This document shows, in pieces, positions 36,454-45,781 of a stretch of DNA of 64,000 nucleotides. Numbering within the stretch: the stretch's first letter is position 1; every line of letters starts with the position of its first letter. The notes below the pieces were generated by a model. It worked only from the letters and a program-made list of their open reading frames with translations, had not been told where the DNA came from and searched no databases. The translations under genes and the position numbers were made by a program. This stretch comes from a virus. Location of the stretch: IMG/VR virus record IMGVR_UViG_3300005264_000040, positions 32,001 through 96,000 of that record; one strand, written 5' to 3'.

Positions 36454-37344
36454 GTGTTTTTAATGAACGTATCATTCGAATATATCAACAACAATTACAC
36501 TGATATGGTAAAAACGGCAGCAGCTCAAGTAGATGAATACGGTGCATACTTTTTAAGAACAAAAATCAGAGAAGCTTCTTTCTTCAGAGCTATACTTGAT
36601 CCAGAACCAAAGACATGGCAAGAACTTATCAGAGGTTGGAACGAAGAAGAACCATACGTAGTAGTACATAAAGAACCAGATGCTACTGCATTCGTTATTG
36701 ACTTCCGTGGTGAAACTCCATATAAATACGTAGAAGAAGAAAGATATCCTGTTTATTTCAAACAGATCCAAGCAGAAAACTACGAAAAGGATCTTATCGA
36801 ATTAAAAATAACAAAGATTCCTTTAATCAAAATCTTAAAAGATATCATGCTCAAAGAAATAGCTTACACAGAAGATAAATCATTTATGCAGACATTAGAA
36901 GCTGCTGTTAATGATGGTGGTAAAATACTTAATTCTTCTAATCCATTACCTCAAAGAGAAGATTTTGTAAATCTCATGAATTTGCTTGATGGTGACAAAT
37001 TAAAGACAGAATTAATCCTTATGTCAAATGTTATGTTCAACAACATTCAGCTTTGGAATTATGCTGATTTCGGTGAAAAATTAGTTGGTGAAGTAACAGT
37101 TAATGGATTAAAAATTCCAACATTATTTGGAAGAAAATTAATTACTACAAATAAAACTGATTTAGTTCCTGAAGGAGTAGCTTATGCATTCACTGCAAGA
37201 GAATTCTTAGGACATTCATTCAAAATAGAAGATGTTAATTTCTATACCAAGACAGATAAGAAGAAAATGACATTTACAGCTTGGGAATTTTTAGGTGCTT
37301 CTATAGGAAACTCAAAAGCTGTAGCAAAGTTAGTTCTTGCATAA
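36454..37344 (+). CDS. putative major capsid protein (HK97-fold)
   Basis: Gene order (protease-scaffold-decoration-MCP), TLFGRKLITTNK..VPEG.AY pattern, highly expressed-type codon bias, strong terminator downstream. Confidence 0.7.
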   Translation: MFLMNVSFEYINNNYTDMVKTAAAQVDEYGAYFLRTKIREASFFRAILDPEPKTWQELIRGWNEEEPYVVVHKEPDATAFVIDFRGETPYKYVEEERYPVYFKQIQAENYEKDLIELKITKIPLIKILKDIMLKEIAYTEDKSFMQTLEAAVNDGGKILNSSNPLPQREDFVNLMNLLDGDKLKTELILMSNVMFNNIQLWNYADFGEKLVGEVTVNGLKIPTLFGRKLITTNKTDLVPEGVAYAFTAREFLGHSFKIEDVNFYTKTDKKKMTFTAWEFLGASIGNSKAVAKLVLA

Positions 37345-37345
37345 T

Positions 37346-37368
37346 AAAAGCCTCTTTGAGAGGCTTTT
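37346..37368 (+). terminator. intrinsic terminator after capsid gene
   Basis: aaaagcctct / agaggctttt stem. Confidence 0.75.
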
Positions 37369-37414
37369 ATTGCATTGTATGTTTTTATAATTATATTAGA
37401 AGGGGGTAATTTAA

Positions 37415-37858
37415 TTGAAAATCAGGGTAAGATCTAGTAATCCAAACAAATATATTTCTTTAAAAACAATGATTATTGGGAAAGAGTGGGTTGTAGTAGA
37501 TGATTCAAATCCAATTATAAAACGATTGCTAAAAGGTGGTTTTATAGAAACATATAGCGCATCGAAAAAAAATCAAAAACATTTAGAAGAAAAAGTAAAA
37601 AGTAATGTATCAATGAAAAATAAAGGTTTTATATATTTTGCTAAAGATAAAAAGAAAATGAAATACGGCGAAGTTTTAGATTCAGAAAAATTGCCAAATA
37701 GTCAAGAAGAAATAAAAATGTTTATTGATAGAGGTGTTTTAGTAGAAGTTTCTGAAAAGACGGAAGAAAAACCAAAAAAAGAAGAAAAAACAGAAGAGGT
37801 TGTTGAAGAAAAAACTCAAGAAAAGAAAATAAAGAAAAATTCAAAAAAGAAGCAATGA
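37415..37858 (+). CDS. Lys/Glu-rich hypothetical protein
   Basis: TTG start after RBS AAGGGGG; typical position of small head-completion gene. Confidence 0.6.
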   Translation: MKIRVRSSNPNKYISLKTMIIGKEWVVVDDSNPIIKRLLKGGFIETYSASKKNQKHLEEKVKSNVSMKNKGFIYFAKDKKKMKYGEVLDSEKLPNSQEEIKMFIDRGVLVEVSEKTEEKPKKEEKTEEVVEEKTQEKKIKKNSKKKQ

Positions 37859-37887
37859 AATTAATAATGAAAGCGGGATGATTTTTT

Positions 37888-38568
37888 ATGATACTAATTA
37901 GAACTCTTTCACTTTACTTAAAAGTACCAAGGACTACAAACAGACTAATTTCAGTAACAATAGGAAAATATCATCTTACCGACACAAGACACTTATCTGT
38001 GTGGATACAGCCTGCTCCCGCTTTTAAAAAAATAACTGCTTATGTTCCACATTTAAATTCAAGAAGAGAGATACATCTCCACTGCACAATACAAGGTTAT
38101 GGTGAATTCGAACCTTTTATAAAAAAATTAAGAGAGGTACTTTTAGACAATGAATTAGCTAATGATTTATTAAATTCTAAAGAGTTTTCAAATGAAACAT
38201 TGTACAAAGCTCTTCGCTTCTCTTTAGAAACAATAAACACAGCGCCTCCTATGCAAACTGCTTTTGGAATATTAACATTTCCACGACCGCAACTAATAAT
38301 AGACGGAGCTCTAGTATATTTATATAGAAGTTTAATGTTGTTAGAGTATAGAAATCAATTGAATTATGCAAATTCTCAAATAAATGTAGGCATTCATGAT
38401 AAAGGTCCAATTTATCAACAATTATATAATCAATTCAAACAAGAATTTGAAATGAAAGTAGCTAAATTCAAATCTCAATATAATGTAGAAAACAGTTGGT
38501 CAGGTGTATTTGGATTAGAATATGGTGATTGGGATTATTCGTGGTTGCCTGATATAGGATGGTGGTAG
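37888..38568 (+). CDS. putative head-tail adaptor
   Basis: Position after capsid gene; helical C-terminal half. Confidence 0.4.
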   Translation: MILIRTLSLYLKVPRTTNRLISVTIGKYHLTDTRHLSVWIQPAPAFKKITAYVPHLNSRREIHLHCTIQGYGEFEPFIKKLREVLLDNELANDLLNSKEFSNETLYKALRFSLETINTAPPMQTAFGILTFPRPQLIIDGALVYLYRSLMLLEYRNQLNYANSQINVGIHDKGPIYQQLYNQFKQEFEMKVAKFKSQYNVENSWSGVFGLEYGDWDYSWLPDIGWW

Positions 38569-38569
38569 T

Positions 38570-39397
38570 ATGTCAGCTTATTATGCTAAATTATATGTAA
38601 AACAAGAAGGTGAGCATATTAAACTCAGTCCTATAATTGTAGGTTTGGATTATTCCAAAATTAAAACGATAGCGCTCTACATAGGCAACGCGTCCAACAC
38701 CTTAGAGTTATATGAAAAACTTGGGACTGATACCCAATACTTTAAAATACCTTCAGGACTCGCTTTAAATTATAATGGGTATTCAGTGATTGCCCAAGTA
38801 AAAATTTTTGATTTTGAAGATAAACTCTTAATGGAATCTATGCCTTTAAATTTAACAGGAACTTTTAGCCATATATCTGAAATTATAAAAGAAAAAATAG
38901 ATAAGGCAATCCGTTCAGTGGATGGAGAACCTTATGCTCTTTTGGCAAGGAAAATATTAGGGAGTCCCTGTTCCGTGTGCAGAAATGTTTTTACAAACAC
39001 GGCCTCTGATCCAAATTGTCCTGTTTGTTTTGGGACAGGAATCGAGGGTGGTTATTATAAAGGGATCTCTGTGTTTTTAAGGAAGTTAAAGATTCCAAAT
39101 AGGAGATATGTTTCTGAACAAAAACCAGCATTTCAAACATCACCCGATGAAATTTTCCAAGGGTCTGCAAAAAACCTTATGAAAGAAGGCGATGTGTTGG
39201 TTAATTTAAAAACAGGAGTGCGTTTTAAAATATATGCAGTGGAGATGTCCTCTTTTAGGAATATACCCGTAGATCAGACAATTTATGCTAAAAGGATAAA
39301 GGGTGATGTAATAGAGAAAAAAATCCCAGTACCTCCAAACCTCTATGCACAGGTGGAAACCGAACGTTTAGCACGTTTGACCAATCGCATGTTATAA
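38570..39397 (+). CDS. putative head-closure/neck protein with Zn finger
   Basis: CSVC...CPVCFGTGIEGGYY and MKEGDVLV; position in neck cluster. Confidence 0.5.
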   Translation: MSAYYAKLYVKQEGEHIKLSPIIVGLDYSKIKTIALYIGNASNTLELYEKLGTDTQYFKIPSGLALNYNGYSVIAQVKIFDFEDKLLMESMPLNLTGTFSHISEIIKEKIDKAIRSVDGEPYALLARKILGSPCSVCRNVFTNTASDPNCPVCFGTGIEGGYYKGISVFLRKLKIPNRRYVSEQKPAFQTSPDEIFQGSAKNLMKEGDVLVNLKTGVRFKIYAVEMSSFRNIPVDQTIYAKRIKGDVIEKKIPVPPNLYAQVETERLARLTNRML

Positions 39398-39415
39398 TTA
39401 AAGGGAGGTTTTTAT

Positions 39416-40039
39416 ATGGGACATATAAATTCGAATATACCTTTTGGTGCTTTGGAAAAGAAACATTTTCCTACAACAGAATGGCAAAGTTTAGAAGAAA
39501 GAATTTCTGATATTATTATTTCTTGGATTTTGAATGTCATAAAAAGTCATACAACATATAGTTATGACGAAGAAATACAAAAGTCGGATATTTATGTAGG
39601 TGTTCCTTGGAATATAAATAATATAGAACATATGCCGGCACGTTTAATTACATTTGAAGTTCAGAGTTATGGGGACAATAAACCCTTTGATGTATTTAAA
39701 CATGATACAAGGCCTATCCCAGGTGATGTCCCAACAGGTAGTACTTATGAAATTTTTAGTGTTCAGGGAATGTTGTATGTACAAACACCAAATAGGTTAG
39801 AAACTCAAAGATTAATCTTTTTACTTTACACTGCTTTTAAACATTACGAAAGACAATTTTTGAAATACAGAATTAGAAATATATTCCCAGGAGTAGTTTC
39901 GACAGCACAAGCATCACAAGCTGCGGATGTATCCTACGTTTCTCAAATGTCTGTAAGTTTTGAATATGAATTTAGTAGTTTTGTAAAGGACTTAAGAGAA
40001 TTTACAATAAATAACATAAGGTTAGTTTTAAATTATTAA
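39416..40039 (+). CDS. putative tail-completion protein
   Basis: Directly upstream of sheath gene; upstream TG-t-TATAAT at 39390-39398. Confidence 0.4.
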   Translation: MGHINSNIPFGALEKKHFPTTEWQSLEERISDIIISWILNVIKSHTTYSYDEEIQKSDIYVGVPWNINNIEHMPARLITFEVQSYGDNKPFDVFKHDTRPIPGDVPTGSTYEIFSVQGMLYVQTPNRLETQRLIFLLYTAFKHYERQFLKYRIRNIFPGVVSTAQASQAADVSYVSQMSVSFEYEFSSFVKDLREFTINNIRLVLNY

Positions 40040-40066
40040 AGAATATATTTGTGGAGGTGACATTAA

Positions 40067-41929
40067 ATGCCTTATAAGAAACCAGGTGTTACGGTAGTAC
40101 AAGAATTTACACAACCGGCAGTGCCGGAGATTACAACAATATTGCCACCTGCAATAATTGGTGCATGTAATGTTGTAATAGAAGGACAGAATGCAAATAC
40201 GGGAACTGTTTTTAATCTCAACGAAGAATTAACACAGAATCCTGGAGCAACTAATTTAGGAGTTATAGTTGCTTTCGAAGATCCATATAATCCTTCAATG
40301 GATGTAGAAGATCCTAGTTCTGTTAGGGTTTTACTTGTAGAAAAGAAAAATGCTGATGCATTTGATTACAGACCTTTTGTAAGAGAATTCATGCAAAATA
40401 TAGGAGCACATCCTAAAAAGGCATTTTTGCCAAAATACCCTTATGCAGAAATCAAAAAATCTTGGTTAGAACATATGCCAGGTTATGGTGTTGAAATCAA
40501 AAACATCGAACAATGGGATGCTTCATCAACAGGAAACATCGCTGATATTTTAGAAACATATAATGGTTTTACTTTTGATGCTGATTTAGATTACATGATT
40601 TTCGTATTCTACAAAGCTCATAGAACATCAGAAATAAAGAAACAAATTATCGTAAATGTGAATGACACTGCAAGCACAATTTATCTTGAAGATGCTCCAT
40701 TGACAGATTCACCAGTTATAATAACAATGGGTACAAATCAATATAATGAAAGTCCAAGTACTTTTGAAGTAGATAGAGTTGGAGGTATAATTAGACTTGC
40801 TCCTGGTTTTATTACAGGTTCAGATGTATATCTAACAGTTGATTATGCTATCTACAATCCTATTTATAACAAACCTGTAGCATTACACCAAGTCCAGGAT
40901 ATACAAAAAGAATTTGGTCCAATACATCCATATAATCCTGTAGCTTACGGTGCTTATTTAGCTATGATGAAAAATGGAAACATCGGAAAGACTGTATATG
41001 CTATTGCAGCTGAAACACCAAACAGTCAATTGACTGATGACTTAGATCCTGATGTTGGATTAGGTAACGCATTAAATAACATTAATAAAGTAAATTATTA
41101 TACTTTAGCAGTTATGGCTGATGTAAAACTTGGCGTGGGTGCTTCTACTGTTTATGACAGAGTAGAAAGCTTGATTAATCAAAATGCTGATGAATATGCA
41201 TCAAGACCAACAATTGCTATGTTAGGATTTAAAACATTGACAAGTGCTTCTAATTTGTTCTTAACTGAACTTAATACAGAAAAGATAATGAAAGATATTA
41301 ATCTTTTCTTTAGAGCAAAAATAAATAGAAGAATTAGAGTAGTATTCCCACCATTACTTAAAACTAAATATGCAGGAGAAACTTTGGTAATTCCTGGATA
41401 CTTCTATGGTGCAATGTATGCTGGGTTGGTACAAGCATATGAAGATAAAGCTGCTACTCCATTTACATTGAAACAAGAACCAGATATAATAGGTTTTTAT
41501 TATCCAAATGGAACAGACATGTTCTTCACTGACAAAGAATTAGATATAATTGCAGCTGAAGGTGCTTGGATTTTATTCATGGATGAAAACAATGTAGTAA
41601 AAATCAGACATCAATTAACAATGGATACAACAATGCCAGAAAAGAGAGAAGATTCAATCGTTAGAGCTATGGACTTCATCTCAAAAGATTTAAAAGCATT
41701 CATCTATTCAATGATGCCAGAGAAAAATATTACCCCTTCTTTGATCAATAATTTGAGAATTATGATTGCTAATAAAATTCAAAATTATATAGAGAATGAA
41801 TTAGCAGGTGCTGGTACTCAATTAGTTTCTATTGAGAAAGATCCAGAATCACCAGATAGTTTAATAGCTATCTTAGATTATCAACCACTTTATCCATTTA
41901 ATAGAATGAGAATTGTAATTAGAGTATAA
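40067..41929 (+). CDS. contractile tail sheath protein
   Basis: N-terminal YKKPGVTVVQEF, C-terminal domain ending YQPLYPFNRMRIVI typical of sheath proteins; 620 aa. Confidence 0.8.
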   Translation: MPYKKPGVTVVQEFTQPAVPEITTILPPAIIGACNVVIEGQNANTGTVFNLNEELTQNPGATNLGVIVAFEDPYNPSMDVEDPSSVRVLLVEKKNADAFDYRPFVREFMQNIGAHPKKAFLPKYPYAEIKKSWLEHMPGYGVEIKNIEQWDASSTGNIADILETYNGFTFDADLDYMIFVFYKAHRTSEIKKQIIVNVNDTASTIYLEDAPLTDSPVIITMGTNQYNESPSTFEVDRVGGIIRLAPGFITGSDVYLTVDYAIYNPIYNKPVALHQVQDIQKEFGPIHPYNPVAYGAYLAMMKNGNIGKTVYAIAAETPNSQLTDDLDPDVGLGNALNNINKVNYYTLAVMADVKLGVGASTVYDRVESLINQNADEYASRPTIAMLGFKTLTSASNLFLTELNTEKIMKDINLFFRAKINRRIRVVFPPLLKTKYAGETLVIPGYFYGAMYAGLVQAYEDKAATPFTLKQEPDIIGFYYPNGTDMFFTDKELDIIAAEGAWILFMDENNVVKIRHQLTMDTTMPEKREDSIVRAMDFISKDLKAFIYSMMPEKNITPSLINNLRIMIANKIQNYIENELAGAGTQLVSIEKDPESPDSLIAILDYQPLYPFNRMRIVIRV

Positions 41930-41938
41930 AACCGGATT

Positions 41939-41958
41939 GATAGCCTGCAGAGGCTATC
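41939..41958 (+). promoter_or_regulatory. intergenic 8-bp hairpin without U tract (stabiliser or processing site)
   Basis: gatagcct / aggctatc between sheath and first tube-like gene. Confidence 0.35.
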
Positions 41959-41988
41959 ATATCCTTTATAAAGAAGGTTGGTGTAAAA

Positions 41989-42627
41989 ATGATAACCCAA
42001 TCAATGTTAGGGAGATTATCAAAAACTCAAGATACAGATAAAGGATATTTAGCACCTATAAACGATAGATTTGTATATATTGGGTTTGCTGTAAATGATA
42101 AAGAAGAACCAGTTTTTTCAACAAGTGATATGAGTGATGTAATTTGGTTAGGATTGGCTCAAAGTTTTGCAGATACAAATCAGGTTAATATACAACCAGT
42201 TAAAGAAATGGGAACATTTAGGACTTATTTGGTTTCTGATGGAACAGTTAATTCAAATTACCAATTGACTGGAGTAATGTTAGGATATGATAATTATCTT
42301 GCACAAATATATGGGAAAATTAAAGTGTCAAACAAACTCCCCGCATATTTGAAACCAGGGTTTAAAGGTAAAACAGCTAGATTTTATGCTAATTTACAAT
42401 CATTCATTTTTAGAAAATCCTTTTGTTTGATAATAGGGATGGCAAATCCAGAAATTTCAATGCCTAATGCAGGATTTTATCAATTTTCAACTTTTTATGC
42501 AATAGAAGGTGCAACTATTAATTCATATAATCTTAGCGTACAAACAAACAGTTTAATGATTTATGAAAATTTAGTAGGAAGTTATTCATATAAACGTATT
42601 CTGGAAGTAGAAACTCCAGCAGAATAA
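41989..42627 (+). CDS. putative tail tube protein, paralog 1
   Basis: Follows sheath; shares WLGLAQ.F.D, E(M/I)G, NP and YA(I/L)E...I..YN with next gene. Confidence 0.6.
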   Translation: MITQSMLGRLSKTQDTDKGYLAPINDRFVYIGFAVNDKEEPVFSTSDMSDVIWLGLAQSFADTNQVNIQPVKEMGTFRTYLVSDGTVNSNYQLTGVMLGYDNYLAQIYGKIKVSNKLPAYLKPGFKGKTARFYANLQSFIFRKSFCLIIGMANPEISMPNAGFYQFSTFYAIEGATINSYNLSVQTNSLMIYENLVGSYSYKRILEVETPAE

Positions 42628-42656
42628 AAGAATAATATAAATGGAGGTGTATTTAT

Positions 42657-43430
42657 ATGAGCGAAGTAAAAGGAGGAGCTACAGGAGCAAACAAACGTAT
42701 AACATGGGATCCATATGGTGGCCCTATAAATGAAAACTATGATTCTCATGTTGCTCTTAATAGTAAGTTCTTTGCAATTGGAGTAGGACTTTCCAAAGTT
42801 GAAGGAAGCGAAGGAACAATGCCTGCCGCAAGATGGGATAATGTAACTGATATAGTATGGTTAGGATTAGCTCAACAATTTACAGATGCAGACCAAAAAC
42901 AAGTACAACAGTTGTTCGAAATAGGTTCAGATGAAATGTATTCTATTCCTGGAAGGACATTCCATAATTTCACAATAAATGGTGTTTTATTAGCAAGAGA
43001 AAATTATCTTTTCACAATGTATAACGGAATGATGAATAGAATAAAGAAAAAATTGACAGACAAATATAACGCAACTGTAGCAAATGGAGTTACTACAGCT
43101 ATTAACGCAAACAAATTAAATGCTCCTGGAACTACTGCAGATGGAAAATCAGGATTTTTCTTCAATATTCAATCCCCAATTTTTGACAGACCAATTTGTT
43201 TAGTAGTTGCTATTGCTAATCCGGAAGTGACAGTTGGCGGTTATACTGATTTAGTAACAGCTTATGCTTTAGAAAAGGCTTACATTTCAAATTATAATAT
43301 TTCAACTTCAGCCGGAGATGTAGTAATTTATGAATCGTTATCAGGAACATATACAAGAAAAAGACCGTTAATTGTTGATAGCAATACTGAAAATGAAGTA
43401 GCAGGTGGAAATGCTTTTGAACTAGAATAA
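42657..43430 (+). CDS. putative tail tube protein, paralog 2
   Basis: Motifs as above; SD GGAGGTG. Confidence 0.6.
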   Translation: MSEVKGGATGANKRITWDPYGGPINENYDSHVALNSKFFAIGVGLSKVEGSEGTMPAARWDNVTDIVWLGLAQQFTDADQKQVQQLFEIGSDEMYSIPGRTFHNFTINGVLLARENYLFTMYNGMMNRIKKKLTDKYNATVANGVTTAINANKLNAPGTTADGKSGFFFNIQSPIFDRPICLVVAIANPEVTVGGYTDLVTAYALEKAYISNYNISTSAGDVVIYESLSGTYTRKRPLIVDSNTENEVAGGNAFELE

Positions 43431-43434
43431 TATT

Positions 43435-43461
43435 AAAAGACCCTTCAAGGGTCTTTTTTTA
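43435..43461. terminator. bidirectional terminator between convergent units
   Basis: aaaagaccc / gggtctttt stem with A and T tracts on either side. Confidence 0.8.
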
Positions 43462-44834
43462 ATAGTTCTATATAATCTTTTTTATAATGATGAGGTAATG
43501 CATATAAAACTTGTAAAAAACTTATTGTTTCTTTAGTTAAAATAAAATTTTTGAAGGTGTCTAATAGCAAAGGATCGTAATATATCGCTCTATATTTCAT
43601 AAGTTCTGTAATAGTTAGTTTTACTTTTAAACAAAAAAAATCATAATTTGAAATATCATTATGGACAGCGTAATACCGCATCAAAACTATCTATTATACG
43701 TAAAATTCTTGCAAGATATATAATATTAGTTCCTTTCAAACCCATAGGATATCCTTTCCCATTAAAATCTTCGTGATGCTGTAAAATTATATTTTTCATA
43801 TTTGGATCTTTAAAAAGAGAATTGGCAATTTGAGCTCCAATTATTGGATGCCTTAATATTTTTTGTTTTTGTTCTGGCGTTAAAGGGTCTTCGGGATCTA
43901 CTTCAAAAACTTCAGGGATAAATATCAATCCAATATCGTGATATAATGCGCTTTTGGTTAAAAGTTCTATTTGTTGTTCGCCCAAATCTAGGAAGTAGCC
44001 AAACTTTTCTGCAATGTTTTGGACTTTTACTGAATGATAAGGGTTGTTTTTTATAATTTGCTCAAGATTAGTAATTGCAACTTCAATAATATGTTCATGT
44101 ACATGAGAATCTCTTTCTAGAAAACTTTTGATTTCATAATAAAGTATTAGCATTTTAGATACATATTCTAAAGATTCTTTTTCTAGAAAAGTTAGAGAAG
44201 TAGTTTTTGGATATGTTGCTATTAGCATAACATGTTTTAATGATGTTTTCAACAACACTTTTGCATATACTTTATAATTAAGAAAATTATCTAAAATTAA
44301 ATTCAAAGTTTGTTTCATTCTATAAGGAAGCTTTGAAAAAAAAGCAAGACTTCCATAAGCCACATTATTAGGAAGGGTTAAATGGTTTCCAGCTATTAGA
44401 TTTTTGTCAAAAAAATGTTTAAATTCTTCGTTCGAAGAATATATACAAACCCAACGTTCATCTTTTGCATGGCGTTTCTTCTGTTTTTCAATTATCGAAA
44501 TATTAGTCAAAGTTGGCACTAAAATTTTCAATCCTTGAACTGTGCCTGCTATATAAGAAACATGATCTTTTGTTCCTTCAAGTTTTATAATTGAATTAAG
44601 CAGAGTTTTGAACCCATTTATAAATTTTATATCTTCGTTTCTGTTTTTCAATATAGTTTGTTCTGTGCTACTTAAAATAGCATTCTTTTCATTTATGCAT
44701 TTTTCATATTGTGTTTTTAAATTACTAATTTCAAGTTGCAAATCATGCCTTTTTTTTGAAGCTGTTATAGCGTGTATAATTATAAGTATCATTATAATCA
44801 TAATTAAACCAAAGAAAACATACATACGGGCCAC
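43445..44834 (-). pseudogene. membrane-anchored HD-GYP phosphodiesterase, interrupted by an apparent 1-bp insertion
   Basis: N-terminal TM; HSVKV, LYHDIG, HHEDFNGKGYP; stops at 43659-43661 after DAVLRCP, while the expected C-terminal ELMKYRAIYYDP is in the 43445..43684 frame. Confidence 0.75.
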
Positions 44835-44844
44835 CTCCCTTCAA

Positions 44845-44885
44845 CAAAAAAAAGGTGGGAGTAATAAATCATTCAAACCCCCACC
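44845..44885 (-). terminator. putative terminator on minus strand
   Basis: ggtggg / cccacc stem with large loop followed by T8 on minus strand. Confidence 0.4.
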
Positions 44886-45004
44886 ATAATATAATTATTT
44901 TTTGAAATTAATAGATGCATTTCCTGGATGTTTATTCCAGTCTTTAGCTAATTCTTCAGCCATTTCTTTTGCTTTCTCTTCTGTTTGTTTCTTTTTGAAT
45001 TCTT

Positions 45005-45262
45005 CTATTTTTTTTTTGCATCAAAATTTTCGGGTTTTTCTTCATCGGGATGTAAATCTTTTAAGGTCTTCCCGATTTTTATCATTTCTTCTCCAATCAA
45101 ATTTTCCACTTGGTTCAAAGTATCTGTATTTTTAATTACTTTTGAAAGAAATTTTGAAAATAACTTAGCTGCTGCAGCAGGCTTGATAGCTGCAAATAAT
45201 GTTGGTAACCCCCAACTAACGATTATAGTAATTAAAATCTGAATCCAATCAAAATTTTCCAT
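45005..45262 (-). CDS. small membrane protein, holin-like candidate
   Basis: N-terminal hydrophobic helix, charged C-terminus, SD GGAGG. Confidence 0.45.
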   Translation of the reverse strand: MENFDWIQILITIIVSWGLPTLFAAIKPAAAAKLFSKFLSKVIKNTDTLNQVENLIGEEMIKIGKTLKDLHPDEEKPENFDAKKK

Positions 45263-45266
45263 ATTT

Positions 45267-45707
45267 TCAACCTCCCGTAAAATAGTGTATTAAGATTTTA
45301 AATATACCATCACCTGCAAGTAATAACGTGACAATTTGGATCATTAATTTTCTTAATTCTTTTTTAAAAGCATTTTTTGCAATTCTTTCTTCCAAAAGGC
45401 TATCTATGAATTTTTCAAGATATTTATCTAAAGAATTTTTTTGAGTATTTAATATTTTTAATGAATTTTGATAACTGTTTATAATTGCATTAAATTCAGC
45501 TTCTTTTAATTCAAGTGTCGTTCGAAGTTCTGTTATTTCAGCAGTTAAATTCTGATGTTCCTTCTCTTGTTCTTTTATTTTATCAGCTAATATATCCATC
45601 CTAGTTCCTAATGATTTTAAAGTAACAGCAATCATTCCTGGATCTTGTAGATAAACTTCTGCTATTTCTCTTATTTTTTCTTCAGGAAAATCTTCATTCA
45701 TATCCAT
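45267..45707 (-). CDS. coiled-coil protein with C-terminal hydrophobic segment
   Basis: Heptad pattern; SD AAGGAGG; upstream TG-t-TATCAT. Confidence 0.6.
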   Translation of the reverse strand: MDMNEDFPEEKIREIAEVYLQDPGMIAVTLKSLGTRMDILADKIKEQEKEHQNLTAEITELRTTLELKEAEFNAIINSYQNSLKILNTQKNSLDKYLEKFIDSLLEERIAKNAFKKELRKLMIQIVTLLLAGDGIFKILIHYFTGG

Positions 45708-45781
45708 GGTTTCGACATCCTCCTTTTACTTTTATGATAACATAAAAAGTGTAACTTTGCTATCTTGTTTGAACCTTATAA

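Noticed and set aside
38570-39397. Apparent GC-rich foreign gene
   Set aside because: Hand count gives about 35 percent GC, similar to the sampled part of the capsid gene; some G/C-ending codons, but not enough to call transfer without a codon-usage analysis
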